NCBI GenBank assembly: GCA_964016885.1
Contig: OZ024742.1
Coordinates: 359,352,001-359,416,000, forward strand
Reading direction: 5' to 3'
DNA from: Eledone cirrhosa
Taxonomy: Eukaryota
DNA: 64,000 nucleotides
A program made the position numbers and the translations under genes. Numbering within the stretch: the first letter of the stretch is position 1; every line of letters begins with the position of its first letter. Under the pieces are notes generated by a model, which saw nothing but the letters and a program-made list of their open reading frames with translations, ran no database searches and was not told where the DNA came from. Shown piece after piece: positions 24,606-38,419 of this stretch.

Positions 24606-25744
24606 GGGACACCATAGTGACATACAGTGTGTTTTAGGAATGTTAAACCTGGTGGAGCCCTCTCTCAAGGTGTGAGGGACACCGTAGTGACATACAGTGT
24701 GTTTTAGGAATGTTAAACCTGGTGGAGCCCTCACTGCAGGTGTGAGGGACACCGTAGTGACATACAGTGTGTTTTAGGAATGTTAAACCTGGTGGAGCCC
24801 TCACTCCAGGTCTGAGGGACATCGTAGTGACATACAGTGTGTTTTAGGATTGTTAAACCTGGTGGAGCCCTCACTCCAGGTAGAGACATACAGTGTGTTT
24901 TAGGATTGTTAAACCTGGTGGAGCCCTCTCTCCAGCTCTGCGGGACACCGTAGTGACATACAGTGTGTTTTAGGAATGTTAAACCTGGTGGAGCCCTCAC
25001 TCCAGGTCTGAGGGACATCGTAGTGACATACAGTGTGTTTTAGGATTGTTAAACCTGGTGGAGCCCTCACTCCAGGTCTGAGGGACACCGTAGAGACATA
25101 CAGTGTGTTTTAGGATTGTTAAACCTGGTGGAGCCCTCTCTCCAGCTCTGCGGGACACCGTAGTGACATACAGTGTGTTTTAGGAATGTTAAACCTGGTG
25201 GAGCCCTCTCTCCAGGTCTGAGGGACACCGTAGTGACATACAGTGTGTTTTAGGAATGTTAAACCTGGTGGAGCCCTCTCTCCAGGTCTGAGAGACACCG
25301 TAGTGACATACAGTGTGTTTTAGGAATGTTAAACCTGGTGGAGCCCTCTCTCAAGGTGTGAGGGACACCGTAGTGACATACAGTGTGTTTTAGGATTGTT
25401 AAACCTGGTGGAGCCCTCTCTCCAGCTCTGCGGGACACCGTAGTGACATACAGTGTGTTTTAGGAATGTTAAACCTGGTGGAGCCCTCTCTCCAGGTCTG
25501 AGGGACACCGTAGAGACATACAGTGTGTTTTAGGAATGTTAAACCTGGTGGAGCCCTCACTCCAGGTGTGAGGGACACCGTAGTGACATACAGTGCGTTT
25601 TAGGAATGTTAAACCTGGTGTAGCCCTCACTCTGGGCCTGAGGGACACCGTAGTGACATAGAGTGTGTTTTAGGAATGTTAAACATGTTGGAGCCCTTAC
25701 TCCAGGTCTGAGTGACACCGTAGTGACAGACAGTTTGTTTTAGG
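24606..25744. repeat. 70-bp tandem satellite (about 16 copies)
   Basis: Unit GGGACACCGTAGTGACATACAGTGTGTTTTAGGAATGTTAAACCTGGTGGAGCCCTCTCTCCAGGTCTGA starts at 24606, 24676, 24746, 24816 and so on; one shortened unit. Confidence 0.97.
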
Positions 25745-28700
25745 CTAGAGGGCATCTATGCCCTGACAGGAGCAGGGCCGCCTGATTTCTTCCGGCGTCT
25801 GGAGACCTTTTAGTGTTAGTGGGCGACTGGAACGGGATCTTAGATGCACGCTGCGACTGTGTGGGATTATCGGATAGTGGAGGAGGGTGCAAGAGAGTCA
25901 CCAACCTGCTCAGGCGTTTTGAACAGGTCTGACAGTTACCGATTGGATTTCCCGAATGTGCCAATGTGGACTTGGACAAACCGCATAGGGTCATCCAGAT
26001 CATATCTAGATAGAGTATTTTGTAGGGAAATAGATAGATCTAACAATGGCTCTCCACAATTGAAGATATTCAGCTACACGGACCACAAATTTGCGATCTG
26101 TTTGGTTGAATTAGATAGGCTTCATAGACAAGGACCCGGCTACTGGAAGCTAAACGCGTCCTCACCAGCGCGCAAGGCCTACAGTGACCGGATTAGCGAA
26201 CAAGTTAAGCGGTCGTTGACGGGGACCATCGTCAACAACAAGTGGTGGTTTGCTCTGAAAAGAGCGATTAGAATAGAGTCCATTAGGTTTAGTAAGGCTT
26301 TATCTATAGAGAAAAATAGAGCAGAGGGAGAACTAGTTAGAAAATTAGACCAGGCGCTTAGCAAAGGCATCGCCAACGACGTACTTGCGGCGAAATTGGC
26401 CCTAGGCCAATTCTTCAATGCAAAACACGAAGGCTGCGTTGTCAGAGCTAGGGTGCGTGCTCTCAGACACAAGGGGACGAAAACCGTTCAATGGGCCCGA
26501 ATGGCGGAGACGCGTCGTGGCAAAAAAGCCACGATCCGTTCTTTGGTGGACCACGACGGGCGCATGCTACTCGATCCCGGGCAAATGTATGAAGATTTTC
26601 AGCGACACTTCGCTCAGATGTTCGAGGGAAGCGGCGGGCCGGATCGAGGGATGGACTTTAGTGTCTACCTCGACGGACTGCCGCGACTCTCGGCCACTGA
26701 GGCGGCGTGTTGCGAAAATCCGATAACAGCCGCTGAAGTACGGGAGGAAATGACTGGCTACACAAGGGGTAAATCGCCTGGTTTGGATGGTCTGCCCTAT
26801 GAACTTTACGTATAGACGCCAGAGTTGTTCGGAGGCCTCTTGGCGGACGTCTAGTGCAACTGGCAACACAACGGGAGAATTCCCAGCTCTGTGAGCCGAG
26901 GAGCGGTGGTGCTGCTGAGAAAGGATCCGAACAAGGGGGATAACATAGATAATTTCAGGCTCATAACTCTGCTAAACACAGAGTTCAAGATTTGGGCCAA
27001 GGTGCTAGAAAAGTGGTTGGCGCTTGTCGTTGCTGGTCTGGTGGGAGAGGCGCAGACATGCGCCATTCCCGACAGATCCATCCACGACAACCTCCACCTC
27101 ATGCGATACATCGTGGAGAGGGTAGCTAGGGAACCTGGCACGGGTGGGTCCTTGAATTTAGATCAGTCGAAAGCTTTCGATAGGTTCGACCATCGTTACC
27201 TGGCGGCAGTCCTGAGGGCGGCTGGTTTTGGGCCCGTCCTCAGAGGCTGGATCGCTGCCATGCACAGCGACCACTGCTCTGTGGTGAGAGTGAACGGTCA
27301 CCTGTCGAAACTGTTCAACATCATGCACTCGGTCCGCCAAGGATGTCCCCTCTCGTCCCTCTTGTACGTATTGACTCTCGAGCCATTACTGTACAAACTG
27401 GAGACGTTGGGGGGGGGGGGGGGCTAGGATGCGCAAGATCCTTGTCAGAATATGCGGTGATGTCACCGTAGTGGTATCGAACGCCAAACATATCGAGGCG
27501 ATCGGCAGAGAATACGAAGCGGTGACAGGATCAATGATCAACCAGGAAAAGTCGTCGGGCCTGTAGCTCGACACCTGGAGGGGCAGGTCCATACCGTCCA
27601 ACAGCGTCGTCGGACGCTGGACGGACGGACCTGTTAAATTTCTAGGAGTCTGGTTCGGTCCGAACCACTAGACGGACAAAAGCTGGGACGAGATGACGAG
27701 CAAGGTGGTTTCTCTCACCCAGAAATGGGCGGAGAGGAAGCTATCTCTGAAAAGTCGAGCGGAGGTAGCTAACACGTACATCGCGTCCGTCATCTACTAC
27801 CGCCTGACCGTCGTGTCTTGTCCTGAACCTCGCATGACTGCGCTGGAGCGTTTGCTCTTTCGCTTTTTGTGGAAGGGACGCGCTCCGATGGTCAGGCGTT
27901 CCATCTGCTGTCAACACGCGCTACGTGGAGGGCTGGGCATGCCGTGGCTGATGATGCGCAGACACGCGCTCAGGCTACGACATCTCCACCTCTTCCTCGA
28001 CGGTGATCAGGTGTGGTCGCCGTTTGCTAGACCCGTCTTTCCCCAGCTCGTCTCCTTAACGGAGCTGCAGTCCAGGGTCAAGCGAAGTTCGAGAGAGAGC
28101 GCTTGGAAACTGGAATGTCTTCAGGCGCTCACAGCCCTCGACCAATCGGGCAATGTGATCGGTGGAAACTCCACCTTGGCGTTCTATAGGGGATTAGTGG
28201 AGGGGAAGAGCGACGACGTACTTTGGGAAACTCTAGAGGTCGACGAAAATCAACTAGCCAATCTCTTCCGAAAAACTTTCTGGCCGGGGCTTATAGACAA
28301 CTTTCAGAAATCCCTGGCCTGGCAGTGCTACCGAGGAGCTTTGCCAGTTCGGGATAAACTCTACAGGCATGGAGGTGCCGTCAACCGGGCATGTCCGAGC
28401 TGCGCGCAAGGCGACGAAACCGTCCTGCACGCACTCGTCCAGTGTCCGAGCATTGCTGACTTGTGAGTTTATGTCGAACACCTGCTATCGCGTGTAGGAC
28501 GGATCCAGCTATCAGCTGAGTCCATCGTCAGGATTGCCCCGCCCTATTCCTTTAGCCGGGAAGGGCTGGCCATTTTTATCTGTCTGGTGGCCATGGCGAA
28601 AGTGATAGTATGGTGGACGTGTCTGAAAGGGCTGAAGACGAGAACTTACCCCTTCGGTGATGCCCTGATTAACTTTTTCAAATTTCATTTTAAAAGGAAA

Positions 28701-29070
28701 ATCAGGGTAGAGAGGGAAGTGCTCTCTTCCCAGCATTTTGTTGAAAGATGGATGAGAGAGGCAAGAATGGGCCGGGTGAATGGGCCTACTCTGAGTATGT
28801 GTCTGTAAATTGAAGGTGGAAAACTGGGAGTGGGCACTTACCCTTGTGGTCAGGATCACCGTGGCTTTTTTTAATGGGCTTTCTCCACGAATGTCCCTCA
28901 GAAGTCTCCACCCCCACCCCCCTATTGGGGAATTTTTCATTGTTTCTTTTTTGTTACATCCTCTGTTTTTTGTTTTTTTTACACGCAGAAATGCCCATTT
29001 GTACCGTCCTGTATTATCCTGTACTGTCCTTAATGTCTACTTTGTGTAAACCCCTGGGGTAATAAAGAAA
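25740..29070 (+). mobile_element. 5'-truncated Tx1-clade LINE (copy 1), disrupted ORF2
   Basis: Partial APE endonuclease (GDWN, YLDRVF, TDH), PGYWKLN, KSPGLDGLP, RT motifs (FRLITLLNTEFK, LDQSKAFD, QGCPLS), C-terminal CPSC..ETVLHALVQC; ends in AATAAAGAAA. Confidence 0.92.
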
Positions 29071-29275
29071 TGGCAGTATCGGTAGAGGGTTGGACGCCAT
29101 GCTTTGACGTATAGAGTTACGGCCCTTGCCATTCTGAGTTCAAATCCCGCCGAGGTTAACTTTGCCTTTCATCCTTACGGGGTTGATAAAATAAAGTACC
29201 AGTAATGCACTGGGTATATTGCTGGCCTTGTGCTAAACGTAGAAACAATTATTATTATTATTATTATTATTATTG
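29071..29275 (+). mobile_element. Young SINE with (ATT)n tail between two Tx1 copies
   Basis: Near-consensus head, core and tail. Confidence 0.92.
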
Positions 29276-29480
29276 TTCTAAGCGGACGTATTTTGCTCGC
29301 TCCCAGTAAGTCGCTTTATTTGCCTGTTTAAATTATTTGTTGTTAAATATTTATTGTTGTGTAAGGGATATAAGCCCTTAGACTTTGCCCCGTGAAGGGG
29401 AAAGTATAATATTTGGGCCTGTTGGCCCAAATATTTGAACTTTTTTTTACATTTTAAAAAATTTACGAAGAAAAAAAAAC

Positions 29481-31405
29481 ATGGCTGAGCCACGCCCCCC
29501 AGCGATATGTCGGCTGTCGTGCGAAAACGACGTAGAAGTTGAGAGGAGCGCTACAGCGAAATTAACATATTGATAACACAAACACCACCACAAACAAGGT
29601 AAACAAAGACACCAATGATACCAATAAGAACTCTAATTTGAAAAAAAATGACAGCAACAGCGACAACGAAAATACAGATAACAAAAAAAAAAACAAATAC
29701 AACAACAATATCATCACCATTAACATGAAAACAAATAGCGACAACACCAACAGCAACAATACCAACTGCACCGAGAACAACGGTGGCAGCAAAGACAACA
29801 ATGATAACAGCGACAGTGCTAACAACAACACCAACAAGAACAACGTCAACAACACCCCCAACGAAAATAAGACCACTTTCGCTGCGGCAGCAGCAAAAAA
29901 GAGGCCATGCTTCAACATGGACCTCTCAAACAAAGATGAAAAGTTGGCCCAGGCATGGAAGCTCATCAAGCAAGAGCAAACTTGGGCCAACTTAACTGTC
30001 CCGGTAGAAGCTATTGAGGCAGTGGAGCGCAAAACGGTGCATTATAGATGCATCTCAGCACAAACCAAAAGGGCAGCGTTAATCCCACAAGAAGATATCG
30101 AAGTCGCGCTGAGGTGCATCAGAGAAGACACCCAGTACATAGAGAGGGGCAGACAGTACGGCACCATTTCGGTGTTGTTCAAGTCAGAAGCCCTCGCGAT
30201 GAAACACGCTATGACTTCTTGCAAAACCAGCAAGGTCATAATGTACCCCTCCCACATGGGAAAAAGAACGGCCGTCTCCGCATTCCCAGAATCCCACCAG
30301 GACTTGACATGTGGTGGCTTCTGGGATGTGTGATTGTGGAGGGGACGGATACAGTCCCTATAGAAGTGACCAGAACGGCCAGAGAGGACTGGTCCGGGGT
30401 TGACCCAGACCATATCCGACTTCAGAATGGGACTGTCATTCACATTATGACCGAAGGCAAAAGGCCGCAGTGTTTTGTTTGTGGGGAAATAACCCATTTG
30501 CGAGCCTTCTGCCCTCAACTGCTGAAAGAGGCAAGGGATCGAAAGGCTCCACTGCTGCCGACGCCGGGGCGAGGACCACAACCAACACCTGTACCGGCAA
30601 AACCACCAACAACAACAGCAATAGAAAAAACACCACCAACATTGACCACCCAGGGGGGAAACGAGGAAAGCTGTCAAATTCCCCCTTCCCCCCAAAATAC
30701 ACACATCAATAAAACCTTAAACATACATACAAACACACTTACAGACACAGACCCCTCATCTACCAGTAGTGAAGATGAGGGAAATCCAAAATCCCCCAAA
30801 ATACAAAAAAGGAAACACAAAAAGAAAAAAAAACTCAACAAAGCACAAAAGCACCCACAATAAAAAACGCAGACACCACCCACGCAAACATCTCTCCAAT
30901 AACACCAACATCAACACCACCATCACCATCACCAGAATCCCCCAAACGCAAACAACCGAAACAGACGCAAGAACAAATATACACACAAACATCTGAAACC
31001 ACAGACATCGCACTCACAACAAATACAGATACAACCGAAACAACACCACCAAAACCATCACCACCACAGCCACGCAAACAAATAAAATCACACCAACAAA
31101 ACATACAAAACTTCGTGCTCGTCAGGAGGGCCAACAAGGAACTGATGGCCCTCGTAGCACGAAGTGAAAATATACAAAAAGAGGGGGGAATGTTTAAATC
31201 GAGCACATTTCGCGTGCCGGAAGATTTGGTTCTGGTGCGAATGTCGCTCGACATATTCAAAGAAATACGAGACAGCTTTCCTCGGGACGTGGGAACCCCG
31301 AACGTAAAACCCACTTCAAGACTTTTAAAGGGGTTCCCAAAAGAAACCCCACTAACTATGGAGGTCGAACAACCAGACCTTCACAAGAGCCCGGAAGGTA
31401 AGTAA
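29481..31405 (+). pseudogene. Tx1 ORF1 (gag-like): Asn-rich N-terminus, CCHC knuckle, Thr/Pro-rich linker; frameshifted
   Basis: CFVCGEITHLRAFC (CX2CX4HX4C); the C-terminal RVPED...FPRDVGTPNVKP is homologous to 43950-44050. Confidence 0.8.
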
Positions 31406-31436
31406 ACCTTCCTCTCTCTCTGTTTAACCTGCCAAC

Positions 31437-34400
31437 ATGGCCGTATTAAGAGTAGGATGTTTAAATGTTCGAGGCCTGGGACCGTCCTGGAAGCAGGGTC
31501 ACCTGCTCAACGACCTCAGGTATATAGAAATGGATGTAATTGCAGTCAGCGAGACCAGGATTTCCGACACGCGTGCACTATCCCCCATTTTCGACGACTA
31601 TCAGATATTTGCTTCTGTTAGCCAGCCGGGAATGGGAGGCGGGGTGGCAGTGCTGTTTAGGAAAGGCCTGGATCTCGAGGTAAGGTCGATCTTCCGCGAC
31701 CCGGACGGGAAGTTGGTGGTCCTGGACGTGAACAATAATGAAGGTGGTGCCTTTAGACTGGTGGCCGTCTATGCCCCTACTGGGGCAGGACGGCCGGACT
31801 TCTTTAGACGCCTGGAAGCCTTTCTGGGTACGTCTCGCCCTTTACTGTTAGCGGGGGACTGGAACAGCATCTTAGACGCACGCTGGGATTGTGTGGGAGT
31901 ATCCGATAGGAGCGAGGGGTGCAAAAGCCTCAAGAACCTGATCAGCCAGTTCCAACTCTCTGACAGGTACCGACTAGATTTCCCTAATGCGCCAGTGTGG
32001 ACCTGGGCTAACCGCATAGGGTCATCTAGATCGTATATAGACAGGATATTCATTAGGAAAATAGACAGAAATAGTATAAGCTGTCCACGTTTTGAAACGG
32101 TCGCCTATTCAGATCACAAGTTTGTGATCTGTATGGTCGACCTAGATAAGACGCGTAGGTTAGGACCTGGTTACTGGAAGCTAACATGTCATTTCCGGCA
32201 CGTAAGGCTTACAGGGACCAGGACTACAATTTAGTTAAGAAAAAGTTGACAGGGGGAGTCGTTAACAATAGATGGTGGGGGACTCTCAAAAGAGAGATTA
32301 GAGTAATGTCGATAGAGTTTAGCAAAGAAGTAGCATTAGATAAAAATAGAAAGGAGGGAGAGTTGGTAGATAAGTTAGACGAGGCTATTGGTAGTGGCAT
32401 TGCAACTGATGTGCTAGCGGCGAGAATGGCATTAGACCATTTCTTCAATGCGAAACACGAAGGTTGCATTGTCAGAGCTAAGGCGCGTGCTCTGAGAAAC
32501 GAGGGAACCAAAGCTGTTCGATGGGCCCGCGTGGCAGAGGCGCAGCGTGGTAATAAAACCACGATTCGGTCTTTGACGGACCGAGACGGGCTCGAGCTGA
32601 GCGATTCCAAGAGGATGTGTGAGGCCTTTCGCCAACATTTTGCTCGGTTGTTCGGGGGAAGTGGCGGGTCAGAGATGGTGGCGGACTTCAGTCCCTACCC
32701 CGATGGCTTGCCTCAACTCTCGACGGCTGACGCTGGGCCAATTACTTCAGCTGAGATTCAGGATGCCCTTGTAGCCTGCAAGAGGCGCAAATAACCCGGT
32801 TTGGATGGTATGCGCTACGAGCTTTACGTAAATATGCCAGACTTGTTCTCCAATCTCCTCGAAGCGCTCTACTGCAACTGGCAGCAAAACCAGTTCTGTG
32901 AGCCGGGGCGTAGTGACGCTGATCAGGAAAGACGAGAACAAGATGGACACAGACAATTTTAGGCCCATAAAACTGCTCAACACAGAGTTTAAGATTTTGG
33001 CCAGGGTGTTAGCGAAGAGGTTGCGCTTGTCGTCGGGGATTTGGTTGGGGAGGCGCAAACTTGCGCAATCCCAACCAGGTCCATACACGACAACCTCCAC
33101 CTAATGCGATAGATCATAGAGAGGGTAGGGTGTAAACCTGGCTTCGGTGGGGCTCTGATCAATTTAGATCAATCGAAAGAATTCGATAGGGTCGACCATC
33201 CGTACCTGGAGGCTGTCCTCAAGGCGGCTAGCTTCGGGCCCGTCTTCAGAAGCTGGATATTTACAATGCACAGCGGCACCTGCTCGATGGTCAAAATTAA
33301 TGGCCACCTCTCGGAACCGTTTCAGGTCTCCCGATCGGTCCGTCAAGGGTGACCTCTCTCCTCCCTTCTGTACGTATTGACTCTCGAGCCTTTACTGCGG
33401 AAGCTGGAGCTGTTGCAGGGCATCCTGCTCGAACCGGGACGCGGAAAGGCTGTGTCGGCGTATGCGGACGACATCACCGTGATGGTGTCGGACACCTCAG
33501 AAATCGAGGTGGTCGGCAACTTATTGGAGGAATATGAAAGATTGACGGGAGCAAAACTTAACCCGGAAAAGTCAGTGGGCTTGCAACTCGGTACCTGGGG
33601 AGGCAAGTTCATGCCGTCCAACAGCGTCGTTAGGCGCTGGACGGACGGACCGGTAAAGTTGCTAGGGGTTTGGTTCGAGCCAGACCTCCAGGTGGATAAA
33701 AATTGGGACGAGGTGACGGGCAGGGTAGTCAGTCTCACCCAGAAATGGGCTGGGATGAAGCTATCACTGAAAGGTGGGGCGGAGGTGGCGAACACGTACA
33801 TCGCGTCCGTCATCTACTACCGTCTGACTGTCGTCCCTTGCCCCCGTTCGCGCCTCGCCATCTTGGAGCGGCTCCTCTTCAAATTCTTGTGGAGGAGTCA
33901 GGTTCCGCTGGTGAGTCGGTCCATCTGCTGCCAACACCCTCTACGTGGAGAGCTGGGCATGCCGTGGCTAATGATACGCAGGCACGCGCTGAGTCTGCGG
34001 CATCTCCAGATATTCTGCCTAAACGGTGAACAGGTGTGATCGCCGTTTGTCAGACGGGCCTTTCTGCAGCTCGTTTCTTTGACTGAGTTGCAGTCCTGGG
34101 TCAAGAAGAGACCGAGACTGGGTGACTGGCATCTGGAATGTTGCCAGGCACTCACTGCCCTCTACCAGGCGGGCAATGCGGTCAGTGGAATTTCTACTCT
34201 CGAGTTCTATAGAGGATTAGTGGTGGGCAAGTGCGACGACGCACTCGGAGAGGCTCTGGGAGTCAACGAAGTCGAACTAACCAGTCTGTACCGGAGGACT
34301 TTCGAGCCGGGGACGATGGATAATTTCCAAAAATCTCTTGCTTGGCAGTGCTACCGGGGGCACTACCGGTTCGAGATAAACTCTACAGGCACGGAAGTGC

Positions 34401-34830
34401 TATCAGACGGACCTGCCCGAGATGCGCGCAGAGCGACGAAACCGTTCTGCACGCACTCGTCCAGTGTCCGTGCATTACTGACTTGTGGAGTTATGTTGAA
34501 CAGCTGTTGTCGCGTGTAGAACGGATCCGGCTATCGGCCGAGTCCATAGTGAAGATCGACCCGCCGCCTTCTTTTGGCCAGGAAGGGCAGGCAATTTTCC
34601 TCTGTCTGGTGGCAGTGGCGAAAGAGGTTGTATGGTGGACGAGGTTGAAAGGACTGAAGACAGACACTTTTCTCTTCGGCCAATCCCTCATCAACATTTT
34701 CAAGTTTCACTTGGAAAAGAAGGTGAGGGTGGAGAGAGAAGTGCTGCCCTCCAGTACATTTGCTGAAAGGTGGGTGAATGTGGCGAGAATGGCCCGTGTG
34801 AGTGGGCCTACTCTGGTCACGCGACTGTAG
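31437..34830 (+). pseudogene. Tx1 ORF2 (APE endonuclease, reverse transcriptase, zinc-binding domain); frameshifted
   Basis: LNVRGL, SET, VYAP, GDWN, SDH; RT with YADD (33461); CPRC..ETVLHALVQC. Confidence 0.92.
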
Positions 34831-35124
34831 GTAGGTAAATTTGAAGAGGAGAGGGGTGCCCTTCCAGGGTCCTCTCGAAGCGTCGGGTCGTTCAGGACTG
34901 GTGGGGTATCTGAGCGAACCCTAGGTGGTCATCCCCCCTATTGGGGAATGTTTTCTTGTTGTAATTTTCTTGTTACTTTATTGTTACTTTGTTATTGTTA
35001 CTTTGTTTATTCATATTGTTTACTCGATTTTCTGTAAAACCCCACTGTCCCAGTCTTTTGTATTGACCCCTATATGTCGGCCCTTGTGGCCAATAAATGA
35101 AATCATTATTATTATTATTAGTAA

Positions 35125-35179
<55 letters not shown>

Positions 35180-35814
35180 CCTCCCTCTCTTCCTTCTTGC
35201 TCCATCTCCTTCCTCCTCCTCCTCCATCTTCTTCTATCCCATATGTTATAAAATAAATAGGATAGGTTGAGGTCTCAATATGTGAACTAAACGACTAATT
35301 CTGTTTTTTAAAATATCAAAGCACACATCCTAGAAAAATTGTCGATATTCCACTACCCATACTTATCCGATCCCCACCCCCTCATGTTGTCCGGCGCTCT
35401 ACCGATTCTGCAATTCACTGTGATTTACGGTTATATAATAACTCAATGAACTCGATATCTTTATCAATTTAAGACAATGCAAGGGTATTATAATTTATAA
35501 TTTATCATATTGAATTATTATTTGTTGAGAAACTGGTAGGACATTAAAGTTTATATCATATATTGACATTGGGCTTCCATTTTAGAGCCGTTATGATCTC
35601 TTGGATATATTTATTTCAGGTAAATTAATTAACTTTAGCATGTTGTATCTATTTATTTACGGTGATCTCCCAATATTTGTATATCTATCATGGTAATAAT
35701 TTGGAAATTATTTCGTTGATTATGATATCACGTCTGTCTGACTTGGTTATTCTGTTTGAAAGGAATATCTTCCTGGTACGTCATTACACAAAGAATAAAA
35801 TGTTGATTATAATA

Positions 35815-35990
35815 TGTTTCTACTTTTGGCACAAGGCCAGCAATTATACCAGTGTATTACTGCTACTTTATTTTATCGACCCCGTAAGGATGAAAGGCAA
35901 AGTTTACCTCGGCGGGATTTGAACTCAGACCATAAAGGGCTGTAACTCTTTGCTGTAAACCCTCTACCGATACTGCCAATCCATCGCCAT
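35815..35990 (-). mobile_element. tRNA-derived SINE (dominant family)
   Basis: Core present; flanked by similar repeats aa(a/g)atg(t/c)tgattataata. Confidence 0.85.
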
Positions 35991-36739
35991 AAGATGCTGA
36001 TTATAATAGCAACAAGTCATGTCTGTTGCTAGCTCCTTCAATGCACAACGATAAATATAGATTTACAATTTCCTACCAACAATGTATATATAAAGCCTTG
36101 ACTATAAGAGACTTGTTTTCATACAACAGTTAAGTTGTTAATCTTTTAGATAACAATACCTTTGCAGGATGACTGATACAGTATTGGCAAACAGTATGGA
36201 TGTTAAAGAATAGCTCAGTCGAGTAATGATTGAAAACAGGAAGAAAAGAAGCGAAAAACAAAATGTGGGGGGGGGGGGTAAACTGATAACTAAATAGACT
36301 TCACAGCTGGATATTAGAGACACTGTATGTAAATAATTCACCACGACCACACCATATTACACACATAATAACTATAAATAATTAAAATCAAGTTCCTTCC
36401 AATTGTGCAGCCAGTCGTAGGGGTGACAGTCTAGATATTTAACTGTGTGTCCCTCATGGCATTTCAGTAGACCATGGAAACGCTCGACAGGGGATATCTC
36501 TTCTTTAAGCGTACAGTACCTCACTAAGTTTAACCTGCCAGCAAAAGTAGTAACCGAGGTGTGGCTGAAAATTGACCTGGATCGTGAGGTAAAAGTCAGG
36601 TGAGGACCAGTGTACCATCCCTAAGAATGTCACTGCTGGATATCAAGTTAGTCTCTCTAAACAGACACTCCTGTTTTCAGACAATGTTTCTTTAAATCCT
36701 TATAGCTATACATTAAATAACTTCACTCTATATTCAAAG

Positions 36740-36998
36740 GAACATTAGGGTTACATAATTGTTTCTACTTTTGGCACAAGGCCAGTAATTACCCAATGCA
36801 TTACTGGTACTTTATTCTATCGACCCCGGAAGGATGAAAGGCAAAGTTAACCTCGGCGGATATGATCTGAGTTCAAATCCCGCCGAGGTTAACTTTGCCT
36901 TTCATCCTTCCGGGGTCGATAGAATAAAGTACCAGTAATGCATTGGGAAATTGCTGGCCTTGTGCCAAAAGTAGAAACAATTATATAACTCTATGTTC
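36740..36998. repeat. Fold-back palindrome of a SINE plus flank
   Basis: 36740-36859 is the reverse complement of 36880-36998. Confidence 0.88.
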
Positions 36999-38098
36999 TA
37001 TATTGAAATAACGTTTCTTTAAATAACTTCACTCTATTTTCAAAGGAACATTAGCTAACGTTATGTCCAGTGACATGTCTTTAAGCCGTTTAACTCTACT
37101 TTCAAAAATATCAATGGACAATGCTACGCCCAATTTTGAAATATTTTTTTTTAATCCTTGATAACGCTATGCCCTATTGCAATAATCTTCCTTTATTGTT
37201 AAAATTGAAACATTAAAGACCCAATGTCACCCATAGATATCGTAAGATATATCTTTGTATTTATAAGAAAATAAATATTGATGGAAACTCATCATCTCTA
37301 TTAATATTCGATGATTTTCTGACTGCTAACAAATCTTCTTAATTAAAATATATTATATCGTAATATAATATATATAATAATATGAAGAAAATATAATATA
37401 TATTGTTCATATGAAAGAGTTAAATCTTTCATGCCAGAGATGACACTCAGATTTAGAAGTTAATAAAATTTCACATATAACCAGTATTGATATAACATTT
37501 AGCATGGTATTATACATATGAGCTAAAGCTATTCTATGAAGCTGTTAATTAAAACTGAAAATATTAACTTAGAGAAAAGTACTAAAGGTGAGAATTAGAA
37601 CAAAGTCTTCTCTTTGTGTCTTTAGGAAGTGAAACCGATAAAATAGTGCAGAAGCGAAGGAAAGAAATTGGAAACAAGATGCATTGAAAACAGAAACAAG
37701 CCCCATAATAGTTGTTGCTTAAGGGAATTGAAAAACAAAAGTAGGTGTCATGCAGAGGGCATAAGCGAATACACAACATGAATAATATATCACTATCAGG
37801 TATTGCAACACAGATTACAGTGAGTGCAATCAATGGAATAGAAACAATAGAGAATCTAAATTAAACACTGAACATATCTTAAAGAACCCAGAACTGCGCT
37901 TAGTTTACATTGAAAGTAGACAATAAAAATAAAACTAAGACTACAGAGATAATAATATGAAACTGAACAATGGCTTTCAGATTGGATAATAATTACAGCA
38001 CAATAACAAGTGGTTATTACAAACTTTGATACAATAAGATAAACACCGCAAAACTTCATGTTGGAACAAGAATTCTTATCATAGAGAACATTGACAGG

Positions 38099-38196
<98 letters not shown>

Positions 38197-38325
38197 TTAT
38201 ATATATATAGCGTGAACCTAATATAACTGCAAAATTGCCTCCTGTGTTTGTTTCTTTCATTTATTAACTATATATATATATATATAGTTAATAAAGGAAA
38301 TAAACATATATAAATAAAGGGGAGA

Positions 38326-38392
<67 letters not shown>

Positions 38393-38419
38393 GTTATATT
38401 ATATATATAAAGATATTCT

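Larger units (their letters stand above)
29276..35104 (+). mobile_element. Full-length Tx1-clade LINE (copy 2), degenerate
   Basis: 5' UTR, ORF1, ORF2 and 3' UTR ending AATAAATGAAATC; (ATT)n on both flanks. Confidence 0.92.

Noticed and set aside
24606-25744. CRISPR-like array (repeat with internal palindrome)
   Set aside because: No unique spacers; the whole 70 bp repeats, no cas genes are present and the context is eukaryotic.
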